Shown here piece by piece: positions 47,057-54,957 of a stretch of DNA of 64,000 bases. The notes under the pieces are model-generated. The model searched no databases. It saw nothing but the letters and a program-made list of their open reading frames with translations, and was not told the DNA's origin. The stretch spans positions 197,916 to 261,915 of the forward strand of contig CAVRET010000001.1 of assembly GCA_963720265.1 (NCBI GenBank), read 5' to 3'. This DNA comes from an uncultured bacterium. GTDB lineage: Bacteria > Patescibacteriota > Saccharimonadia > UBA4664. The translations under genes and the position numbers were made by a program. Positions within the stretch are counted from its first letter, which is position 1. Each line of letters starts with the position of its first letter.

Positions 47057-48426
47057 TGCGTATGCCCTGTTGGTAAGACAACCGAAAAAACCGTGCCACC
47101 ACCCTTTTTGGACGTGACTGATATGGAGCCGTGATGGAGCTCGATTACACTGCGGGTGAGATAGAGACCAAGGCCCGTTCCCTCGATGCCTTTTGCAATT
47201 GTTGCCCGTGCTCGCCCGTAGCGGTCGAATATGCCGGGTAAGTCGACGTCGTCAATCCCTTCACCGTCGTCGGTCACTTCGATCGTGAGTTCGCCGGATC
47301 CGTTCCGGCCGGGGGTTTTCTTCACCCTCAGCGTAACCTCGCCACGAGGAGCTCCATATTTAAATGCATTGTCGATTAGATTACTGATTGCCATGTGGAG
47401 TTTCATGGGATCGGCTACGATCCAGGTGGGTTTGGAGGGGGCGTCAACTTTGAACGTCTGGCCCGCAGTCGGATGGTGCTCGGATATCACGGCGTTAATG
47501 ATGTCCACGACGTTTATCCGCGTGGGCGAAATCGTCATCCGACCGGAGCTGGCGCGGGCGGCTTCGAGCAATTCCTCGACAATTCGCAGTTGACGTTGAC
47601 TACTCTCCTCAGCCCGTGCCACCAACTTTTTTTGCTGGCCGTTAAGAGTGCCAACGTCTTCGGCTGCGAGCATGGACAATATGGCTTTTATCCCGGCCGC
47701 CGGAGTGCGCAGCTGGTGGGAGGCCAGGGAGACAAATTGTTCTTTGGTTGATTCAAGCTCATGTTCGGCCTTGATAGCAGATAGGAACAGCCAGTATACC
47801 AGCCCACCGAGCATGAGCATGACTACCAGTGTGACGGCGCTGATCCAGGTAGCATACGCGCCGAACCTGGTAGCTGTAGCGCGGTTCGTCTTGAGCTCAC
47901 TGGCTAACTGAGCGTTGGCTTTATCGATGATTGCGCGCAAGCTGCTCATGTACTGTTCGCCGCGGTTCGTCTCAACAATAGCTGAGGCGGCAGGAAGACC
48001 CTGGCTCGCGTATGCTTGAATGGTTTGGTTAAGCTCGTTGAGTTTGTTTTTTGTTAACGGCACGATTGGTTTTAACTCACCGTCGTTGGGTAAGTTCTTA
48101 CCGGCGGCGATTAATGCGGTTGCCTCTCCTGGGAGGGTCTTGACCGCACGATTATACGGAAGCAAATACGAAGGGTCGCCGGTCAGGAGGTACCCTCTCT
48201 GGCCGGTCTCGGCATTTAGAAGCTGTGAGTAGTAAGCGTTTAACGCTTGTTGCTGGGAAGTTATGCCGATTGATACACGCCGATAGGCAAGTACCTGATG
48301 GATACAGAAAATAATGACAACGGTCGCCATTGTGGCAACAGCCATCATAGCGGCTAGTGCGATAAAACTCTTGCGATCTGTATATTTACGCAGATCTCTG
48401 AACGCTAAACCAAATGCAGTCTGCAA
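47053..48426 (-). CDS. Sensor histidine kinase with an extracytoplasmic CHASE3 domain.
   Basis: CHASE3-like segment (NAETGQRGYLLTGDPSYLLPYNRAV...), H-box LASHQLRTP, HATPase G-boxes. Confidence 0.8.
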   Translation of the reverse strand: MQTAFGLAFRDLRKYTDRKSFIALAAMMAVATMATVVIIFCIHQVLAYRRVSIGITSQQQALNAYYSQLLNAETGQRGYLLTGDPSYLLPYNRAVKTLPGEATALIAAGKNLPNDGELKPIVPLTKNKLNELNQTIQAYASQGLPAASAIVETNRGEQYMSSLRAIIDKANAQLASELKTNRATATRFGAYATWISAVTLVVMLMLGGLVYWLFLSAIKAEHELESTKEQFVSLASHQLRTPAAGIKAILSMLAAEDVGTLNGQQKKLVARAEESSQRQLRIVEELLEAARASSGRMTISPTRINVVDIINAVISEHHPTAGQTFKVDAPSKPTWIVADPMKLHMAISNLIDNAFKYGAPRGEVTLRVKKTPGRNGSGELTIEVTDDGEGIDDVDLPGIFDRYGRARATIAKGIEGTGLGLYLTRSVIELHHGSISVTSKKGGGTVFSVVLPTGHTQ

Positions 48427-48752
48427 CGTTGCCCTCCACCGGTGCGGTACTGGTTTTTATACTATACCAGCATGTACGCTGGTTAGCTCAAGTGTGGGTC
48501 AGTTTTGATAAGCGAAGGCTGAGCCGTGACACACGTGCTATTGGAGGCGGGCCGACCAGCGAATCGCGCGGGATTTCTTGGGCGCGTGGGTTGCCGGCCG
48601 GGTTCGTATTTGTCCGTTCAACCATCATGTCTTCTTGACCCTCGTCGGCCGTAATCCGAAATGAATAGTCTTGGTTAAAATCTGAACAACCAACGGTTTT
48701 TGCGGGCATGCGTCGCCACTTTCGCGTATGAGTTTACTATTGAGCAACTAGC

Positions 48753-48902
48753 TTACGGCCGTGCGCGCCGTCCTGTGATGAGGTTGTAAATAAACACGAT
48801 TATTGCTACCACCAGTAGTAAGTTAATCAGTGCACCGCCAATGTGGCCGATAAGCCCAACTAGCCACAATATGAGCAATATTACAATAATTGTATAAAGC
48901 AT
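48753..48902 (-). CDS. Small membrane protein (49 aa) of the lmo0937 family.
   Basis: Start re-assigned to the ATG at 48902, preceded by AAGGAGA 5 nt upstream. MLYTIIVILLILWLVGLIGHIGGALINLLLVVAIIVFIYNLITGRR matches that family. Confidence 0.6.
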   Translation of the reverse strand: MLYTIIVILLILWLVGLIGHIGGALINLLLVVAIIVFIYNLITGRRARP

Positions 48903-49215
48903 ATGTCTCCTTGAGTTGTTCTCGTTTATGTGATCAGGCAAGCTAAATCCTAGCAGAGACACGGCGGACGTCGCGTTGTTGGAATTCCCATGAAACTCGT
49001 AAAGGCCTAGCATAATCTACCTTTCAAGCGGTTTCGTAAGCGTTATTAACCCCGGCAGCAAGGGAAAATATCGAACATGTCGGAGTTCACTAAAGAGGGC
49101 GACAAAATTGCACCAACATAACTTGGCTAGACGAATATGATAATGACGCAATTCGTCGTATTCTGGACAAGGGATAAGACGCTCAAGAAACCACGTTATT
49201 AGGAAGGTCAAAGCC

Positions 49216-50217
49216 ATGCTCGAAGCGCTGAAGGGCAAGCATGATACGCGGCTCATGTGGACAGAAGCCGCACGAGCCTTCGTTTGCATGCTGCCCATGC
49301 TGGTCGCTAGTGGGCTAGGCAAGACGTCGGTTTTGGTGACGTTGGGACAAGGGGCATTTTTTTATAGCACTATCTTTTTGCCAAAAAAGATCGGCGCACG
49401 AATCATGTTGGGTTCGCTCGTTGTTGCATTGGGTCTTGGTTTTTATTTGATCGGCGGCGCGGTTGCGCCAAACCCGTGGGAAGCAGTGACATTTACTTTT
49501 TTCGTCAGCTTCAACCTGAGCTTCTTGAGCGGATGGAAGGTTGGCGGTCCGTTGGCGCTGACGCTCGTGATGATTTATACGGCCGGACTCAACGCCGGAT
49601 CGCCTGAAAAGGCGGCTACGAATTTTGCATTGTTTGCCGGTGTCCTAACGTGGTGTGCCCTTATCTCGCTACTGCCCTTTTGGACGCCCATAGAGCCGCC
49701 GCCGGTCGATGACAAGCAGGGCAACGGACAACTCGCGGAGCAGGGTTTTCGGATGGGTATTGGTACGGCCATCGCGCTGGGGGTTTCTTACGCGGGTGGG
49801 TTCGGCAAAATTGGGTGGGCGCCAAGCGCTGTCGGCAACGTAGTGCGCTACGATGCGCAGTTGTCGCGCAAACGTGCGTGGGCACGCTTTTACGGCACGA
49901 TTGGCGGTGCGGTCCTGGCGGCGGCAGCACTGGCATTAATTACCAGTGCTACGGTCGTCGTATGGATTGGGGCTTTTTTTGCAGTCCTTAATGGCCTGTT
50001 CAAAAAGACGAAGCTTGGCATGATGCCATTGTTTTACACGGCAACTATCCTGTTGCTCTATAGCGCGAACGATTTGTCGAGCGGGCGCGCCAATATCGTG
50101 ACGCGCGTAGTTTTCAATTTGATTGGGATTACGATTGGCATACTCGTAGTGATCTATCCATTCCCAAGAATCTTGAGAATGATTAATCCGAAAAGTCTGC
50201 CTGAACGCACAGATTAA
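49216..50217 (+). CDS. Polytopic membrane protein (hypothetical; aromatic-acid-exporter-like topology).
   Basis: About 9-10 TM segments. No firm family assignment. Confidence 0.45.
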   Translation: MLEALKGKHDTRLMWTEAARAFVCMLPMLVASGLGKTSVLVTLGQGAFFYSTIFLPKKIGARIMLGSLVVALGLGFYLIGGAVAPNPWEAVTFTFFVSFNLSFLSGWKVGGPLALTLVMIYTAGLNAGSPEKAATNFALFAGVLTWCALISLLPFWTPIEPPPVDDKQGNGQLAEQGFRMGIGTAIALGVSYAGGFGKIGWAPSAVGNVVRYDAQLSRKRAWARFYGTIGGAVLAAAALALITSATVVVWIGAFFAVLNGLFKKTKLGMMPLFYTATILLLYSANDLSSGRANIVTRVVFNLIGITIGILVVIYPFPRILRMINPKSLPERTD

Positions 50218-50292
50218 TGATGCGTTCAGACTTAGTTTGGGTAAGTATTGTCATCCAACTTAGAGATTCCACCGGGAAGTCCCCAGGTTGTT

Positions 50293-50844
50293 TTAGAGGC
50301 TTTCAGCGGCCCTCAAGATGACGTCCGCTACTTCTTTGGGCTTAGAAACCATAATCGCATGTGATCCCTCAAGCTCAGTGATCTCGATATCTCCCTGTTG
50401 TGCAGCCGCACGAATGGCATCAGCTCCAGCGGCTACGTCCTTGGTCGCGACAATTGCCCACGTCGGTACATTCTTCCAGGCGGCAGGACCACATACATCT
50501 GAAAACGCCAAGTCGGCGATGGGGCGCTGTGTGACGGCCATCAACTTCACCTGTTGTTCCGGCAAATCAGATGCAAATACCGCCTGCACTTTATTGGCTG
50601 TTATAACAAATTCAACGCCGGGTTCTTCACCTTGGCCCTTAGGGTATGTCGTTTGGACGAGATTCGGACCTAAGATGCTGTCCTTAGACTTGCCACCGAC
50701 GTCATTCAGAGTTTGACCTTCATTTAAGACAAACGTGTTAAGTATAGGCAGCTTCCTGGTGTGGTATGGCGAATTCTGTGGACCGGCGACGCTGGGTTCC
50801 CAGAGGCAACCGCGCCCAATAAAGAGCAGTAAATAGGAAGCGGT
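50293..50844 (-). pseudogene. Alpha/beta-hydrolase remnant: only the C-terminal roughly 180 codons, with no start codon and no nucleophile-elbow region.
   Basis: The frame is open from the stop at 50845-47 down to 50293, but the only start (GTG 50589) gives a 98-aa C-terminal piece (...VPTWAIVATKDVAAGADAIRAAAQ...ITELEGSHAIMVSKPKEVADVILRA), the typical acid/His end of an alpha/beta-fold hydrolase. This is the left edge of the low-GC island. Confidence 0.45.
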
Positions 50845-50988
50845 TTACGGGTAAGTTCTCGGTGTCTTATCTCCTCTGTTCTTCTCTTTCTCTACCGTGA
50901 ATTTCACCCGCGCATCAGGATTTAGCCGACAAAACAATCTCCTCCGTTTATAGAGGGGATTATTTTAGCCTCTAACTTCTTGATTTTC

Positions 50989-51558
50989 TTATGAATGAAT
51001 CTGCTCGACAGGGATGAAACAGTACGGGGTTGGACTGTTTAGGTAGAAATGGACGTCATTCTGAGCAGCTTCCGGTTCTAAGTATCCTCCCCAGTGATTA
51101 TTGTAGAAGTCATATCCGTATGAGCCACCACTTGTGCAGTTGGACTGCCGGAAATTAGTTCCCCAGCCAGCATCTCCGCTGGTCGGACACTCGTCTAGAC
51201 TGGTATCGGCGTAGCTAGAGCTGTTATAGGCATCGCCTACGCAGTCGCCACCCCACGAAGTGCCGCCCAAGAACTCGATCTCGACGTTACTACCGCTGCC
51301 TGTTGCATAGACATTGAACTGACTGTCGGGCTGTGAATAGGCGTCACTTTCCGTCATTACCCATGGCCCGCCATTCCAGGCGTTAAGGCATGTTTGGGGA
51401 GAGATACTAGTAACACAATAGTCGTAACAGTAATTATCGCAGTTTGCTGCGTGCGCGGGAGCGGCTCCAAAAACCAGTGGAGCTCCTATCGTCAGGAGAA
51501 TCGCACCGGCGATTGGTGCGAGCCTGTCCCTCATTTTGTGCAATACGTTGCGAAACAT
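50989..51558 (-). CDS. Secreted Cys-rich protein, paralog A of an unrecognised family.
   Basis: Start at ATG 51558 (MFRNVLHK...) with a GGGAGG Shine-Dalgarno 8 nt upstream. Signal peptide ends ...APAHA. Shares LNAWNGGPW, GGTSWGGDCVGDAYN, GWGTNF and conserved Cys spacing with 51715-52245. Confidence 0.55.
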   Translation of the reverse strand: MFRNVLHKMRDRLAPIAGAILLTIGAPLVFGAAPAHAANCDNYCYDYCVTSISPQTCLNAWNGGPWVMTESDAYSQPDSQFNVYATGSGSNVEIEFLGGTSWGGDCVGDAYNSSSYADTSLDECPTSGDAGWGTNFRQSNCTSGGSYGYDFYNNHWGGYLEPEAAQNDVHFYLNSPTPYCFIPVEQIHS

Positions 51559-51714
51559 ATCTTTACCTCCCACCTTATTACTAGCATCATAATAGAAAGT
51601 TCAAATAGTTTTCAAGTAAAGATCAGCCGTTTACCAAGCTAAAAATCGGACGTGCTTACAGCCAATAAGGCAGGTGTTGGCCCCACCTGATTGGCTGTAG
51701 AGGATTTTATTTAC

Positions 51715-52245
51715 TTAATTCTTCTCACTCGGATCGTAAATGCCGAAACAGTCCGGAGCGCCGGTTAGGGAGAAATTGTCACCGTTTGTACTTCCACTTG
51801 GTGCGAGATATTCTCCCGTGTGGTTATCTTTGAACTCGAGTGCTCCTTCATCACTACAGTTAATTGCCTTGAAGTTGGTTCCCCAGCCTCCACTGTTGCT
51901 ATTGGTAGGGCAAGGATCGAGACTGGTAGCGTAATTGCCTTGCTCGTTATATGCATCACCGACACACTCGCCACTCCACGACCCGCCGCCGACAAACTCA
52001 ATGTAGGTGTTACCATTACTCAAGGTGTGAATACCGAACTCGTCGTTGGGTACTTCCCCCATAGAAGTTTCGAGATTCGTCCATGGCCCACCACCCCAGG
52101 CATTAAGGCAGCCGACACTATTACAGATCTGCGCGCTGCTGTAATCCGCCAATGCAGGACTCGCTCCAAAAACTATTGATGTACCCGCTGGCAGAACAAT
52201 AGCAGTAGCGATTACTGCAATTTTAGTTCCTATTCTACGAAACAT
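51715..52245 (-). CDS. Secreted Cys-rich protein, paralog B (tandem duplicate of paralog A).
   Basis: MFRRIGTK... signal peptide ending ...SPALA. Mature part is LNAWGGGPW...GGGSWSGECVGDAYN...GGWGTNF...; about 40% identity to paralog A by eye. Confidence 0.55.
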   Translation of the reverse strand: MFRRIGTKIAVIATAIVLPAGTSIVFGASPALADYSSAQICNSVGCLNAWGGGPWTNLETSMGEVPNDEFGIHTLSNGNTYIEFVGGGSWSGECVGDAYNEQGNYATSLDPCPTNSNSGGWGTNFKAINCSDEGALEFKDNHTGEYLAPSGSTNGDNFSLTGAPDCFGIYDPSEKN

Positions 52246-52321
52246 AGTACAAGGAATTAGCCTCTGGGATTCGGATGACTTTCTTTCACATAATGCGCTT
52301 CGTGCGCCCGGTGCTGTATCC

Positions 52322-52831
52322 GTGGAGCTTCTTAACGGTCGACCGAAGAAGGTTCAGTATTTTAGTGACGCCTACTCAAGGCTTCATAAGGGAATTATTG
52401 CGCACGCACAGTCCATCGATGCGACAAACGTTCATACACTATCAGATATGGATTTTGTTTTTATCTGCGTGGACGAGGGCAGGATTAAGAGACTTATTTT
52501 TGATACGCTATTGACTGCTAAGGTGCCGTTTGTTGATGTTGGCATGGGCGTACATCTGGTTGACGGGGCGTTGACGGGCAGTATTAGAACGACTCTGGCA
52601 TCGAGTGCAAAATTTGATCACTTGACAGATAGGATATCTCTATCGGATGAGGCAGTAGAGAACGAGTATTCGGCGAACATCCAGATAGCTGAGCTTAATG
52701 CTCTCAACGCCGCTATTGCCGTTATTAAATGGAAGAAATATTTTGGCTACTATCACGATCATGAGCGTGAGCATAACTCTATTTATGATATTAACGTAAA
52801 CAAGGTGATCAATGACGACATTGCGACCTAG
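52322..52831 (+). pseudogene. E1/ThiF/MoeB-like adenylyltransferase, C-terminal half only (169 aa). The Rossmann GxGxxG N-terminal half is missing.
   Basis: ...NGRPKKVQYF..(20)..DMDFVFICVDEGRIKRLIFDTLLTAKVPFVDVGMGVHLVDGALTGSI matches the MoeB/ThiF segment GRPK...DLVLDCTDN...R.LLN.AC...PLVSG...G.EG. The ORF starts with a GTG only 77 nt from the divergent gene, and no in-frame upstream coding exists. Confidence 0.45.
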
Positions 52832-53153
52832 GCTTGTGGGGACGGCTCCTGATGCGCTCCAGGAAGGTATTTTGTATATCTCGAATGAATACGCCACCGC
52901 GCTTCATCTTTGCTGTTGCGGCTGCGGAAACGAGGTGGTCACGCCATTGTCCGCAAGCGGCTGGAAGCTGACTTACGACGGTAAGCTGGCATCACTTTAC
53001 CCGTCCATTGGTAACTGGAGTTTTCCTTGCCGGTCCCATTATTGGATTAGAAATAACGAGGTGATTTGGATACCAGAATGGGCAGAGCCCCGGCGTGGGC
53101 GGGGTTGGCATACGGTAGCCTCCAAGTGGCTCAGGAGCTTATTCCGTCGTTAG
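52812..53153 (+). CDS. Small Cys-rich protein (113 aa, probable zinc-ribbon) translationally coupled to the E1-like fragment. Possibly DUF6527-like (unverified recollection).
   Basis: Overlaps the E1 fragment's 3' end by 20 nt. [15 protein letters not shown]...[10 protein letters not shown] gives a Cys/His cluster. Confidence 0.4.
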   Translation: MTTLRPRLVGTAPDALQEGILYISNEYATALHLCCCGCGNEVVTPLSASGWKLTYDGKLASLYPSIGNWSFPCRSHYWIRNNEVIWIPEWAEPRRGRGWHTVASKWLRSLFRR

Positions 53154-53421
53154 GCAATGCTTATCATTGACGCGGGTCTATGGCTCGCAGTTGCTTCTCT
53201 GCGATCACGGAACCCGGTCACAAAGAATTCTGCTGAGCCCTTGGCGGCTCGGGCGGTCTCCGGCCATTATCTGAATACTTTTCAAGATATAGATTACTGC
53301 AGTAAAGACCGGTTACGGAACCCGGTCTTTACTCACCATGATTGCTTTGGCTGGGGCGGTATCCCTCAGGTGGAACCAGATCTATCCAAGTTTACTTGAA
53401 CTGCACAAAAAGCTAGAAGAG

Positions 53422-54168
53422 CTAGGCCTTAGGCTTGAGTGAATCTAGTTCGCTTTCTATCCTCTCGCCAAAGTCCATAATTTTTGAGATGTACGGTTCG
53501 TACTGGCTCCCATCGTATAATTTATGCTTCTTAATTGTCAGTAGGTCTTTGAGCATAGGTGACTCTTCCTGATCTGCTTTTTCCGGTAGCAGATTGTAGT
53601 CTAGATCAAAGTAGTCACTTCTTAGGAGCTGTCGGTTATATATGAGTAGCAAGCATGCCTTAACAATACCTTTGCGATCACGTACTTTTCGCTCTGGCGG
53701 GTCAGTGGGTATGTTGCCTAGTCGGGTACGAATTTCGTGGATGTTTAGCCTCATTCTCTCATCTAGACTCGCGTCCTTGACCGAGAATTCAGTGCGCTCA
53801 AATAGCTGTCCACATATGTATATCCAAGAAAGGAAGGATGGCAAGATGGATTGCGGGGACATTGCGTTTGCGAGGCGAGATCGTATGGGTCCACCGTTCA
53901 GCTCGTCCAAATAGATAATTTGAAAGCCCCATTCTCGCTGCGGTGCCTTTTCGGTCAGCTCATCCTTAAACTTTTCATTGTTAGCTATATCAAAGGAGTC
54001 ATCGACAATACAGATAACATCAATGTCGCTTGTCTCTGGGTCGAAATCACTCCGAGTAATCGAGCCCCAGATGTATAGAGCGAGTATTCCATCTGATTTG
54101 TGCAAGTTGTAAAGGTCAAGCAAGCGCTGTTTTGCGTCGTCAATTGTCTGTGTTTGTAGTTCTGTCAT
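53422..54168 (-). CDS. Nucleotidyltransferase-domain protein (minimal Pol-beta-like NTase fold plus a helical C-terminal domain; ANT/Lnu-like architecture).
   Basis: LALYIWGSITRSDFDPETSDIDVICIVDD is the GS...(D/E)hDh NTase motif. The gene has lower GC than the surrounding chromosome. Confidence 0.6.
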   Translation of the reverse strand: MTELQTQTIDDAKQRLLDLYNLHKSDGILALYIWGSITRSDFDPETSDIDVICIVDDSFDIANNEKFKDELTEKAPQREWGFQIIYLDELNGGPIRSRLANAMSPQSILPSFLSWIYICGQLFERTEFSVKDASLDERMRLNIHEIRTRLGNIPTDPPERKVRDRKGIVKACLLLIYNRQLLRSDYFDLDYNLLPEKADQEESPMLKDLLTIKKHKLYDGSQYEPYISKIMDFGERIESELDSLKPKA

Positions 54169-54271
54169 AAAACTATTTTACCAGGCTGGTCAGCAGCCAG
54201 CTAGGAATCGAACCCCACGCAACAGATAAGGAGCTTCAGTGGAAGTATGAAACACGATGTACATAATAAAT

Positions 54272-54304
54272 TCTGGAAATATCCTATCTGGAAATCTGTT
54301 CCAG
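54272..54304 (+). promoter_or_regulatory. Operator-like repeats upstream of the toxin-antitoxin promoter.
   Basis: Direct repeat TCTGGAAAT x2 (54272-80 and 54287-95), and inverted repeat CTGGAA-N5-TTCCAG (54288-54304). Confidence 0.3.
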
Positions 54305-54345
54305 ATACACTGGCTGGGGCGGCAGGGTTCGAACCAGATGCCGCA

Positions 54346-54374
54346 TTGACGTCATGACGGCATGAAGGTAAAAT
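54346..54374 (+). promoter_or_regulatory. Sigma70-like promoter of the RHH-RelE operon, apparently leaderless.
   Basis: TTGACG, 17-nt spacer, TAAAAT, then the ATG at 54381 six nt after the -10 box. The spacer contains the palindrome TGACGTCA. Confidence 0.4.
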
Positions 54375-54380
54375 GGCAAT

Positions 54381-54611
54381 ATGACTACAAAAGCTACACT
54401 CTACTTAGATTCTGATATGTATAAAACGCTCAAGTTGCGTGCAGTTGAGACCGGACAGTCTATATCTGCCTTAATGAACGAGGCCTTACAGGCGCAGCTG
54501 GGTGAGGATTTAGAGGATATTGAAGCCATTCGCTCACGATTGGCTAAGAATGAAATCCCTCTTACATACGAGTCTGCCTTGCTAGAGCTGAAAAGCAATG
54601 GCTCAATATAG
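54381..54611 (+). CDS. Ribbon-helix-helix (CopG-like) antitoxin.
   Basis: N-terminal beta-strand plus two helices. Overlaps the downstream RelE/ParE gene by 14 nt. Confidence 0.65.
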   Translation: MTTKATLYLDSDMYKTLKLRAVETGQSISALMNEALQAQLGEDLEDIEAIRSRLAKNEIPLTYESALLELKSNGSI

Positions 54612-54858
54612 CGTCGAGATCTTGCCGAGTGTTGTTCGAAAAGACCTAGTGAGACTACCAAAAAGCGATGTCCAGAAAATAATGGGTCGCATAAAGGAAC
54701 TCGGCGATAACCCAAGGCCAGCCTGGTCAAAGAAGCTGTCAGGGCGAGAAGAATATAGGGCAAGGCAGGGAAACTACCGGATACTTTATGTTATTGAAGA
54801 TGCGGTTAGGGTTGTTCAAGTAACCAAAGTCGGTCATCGCAGAGAAGTCTATCAATAG
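54598..54858 (+). CDS. RelE/ParE-family type II toxin.
   Basis: ...YRARQGNYRILYVIEDAVRVVQVTKVGHRREVYQ, the RelE/ParE C-terminal signature. Confidence 0.75.
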   Translation: MAQYSVEILPSVVRKDLVRLPKSDVQKIMGRIKELGDNPRPAWSKKLSGREEYRARQGNYRILYVIEDAVRVVQVTKVGHRREVYQ

Positions 54859-54940
54859 TCAGTCTTTGGCTGAGCAGGCCGGTCTAGAACCTCGCTACCA
54901 TTATTTTACGCTCGAAATGAGACATGAGAACATGATGATC

Positions 54941-54957
54941 CGGTAGTTATAACCGGA
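54941..54957. terminator. Short hairpin CCGGT-agttata-ACCGG between the convergent RelE and MMPL genes. It overlaps the MMPL stop codon.
   Basis: Read directly; coordinates are approximate to 1-2 nt. Confidence 0.3.

Noticed and set aside
49017-49322. 101-aa minus-strand ORF overlapping the start of the 49216-50217 membrane protein.
   Set aside because: It overlaps a better-supported plus-strand gene and has no Shine-Dalgarno or domain.
52246-52321. Apparent E1-like residues (DSDDFLSHNALRAP resembling D.D.V.LSNLNRQ) upstream of the GTG start. These could have meant the E1 gene simply has an unusual start.
   Set aside because: The upstream in-frame sequence is just the antisense of the neighbouring gene's signal peptide and has no GxGxxG motif. 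The resemblance is too short to be meaningful, and the gene is better explained as truncated.
54190-54345. tRNA-like T-arm sequences (GGAATCGAACC on the minus strand near 54205; GGGTTCGAACC near 54327) in the gap before the toxin-antitoxin pair. These might have been a tRNA or an att-site remnant.
   Set aside because: Neither folds into a canonical T-stem/loop with an acceptor stem, and no full cloverleaf can be drawn. At most they are degraded tRNA fragments at an old integration site, too weak to call.
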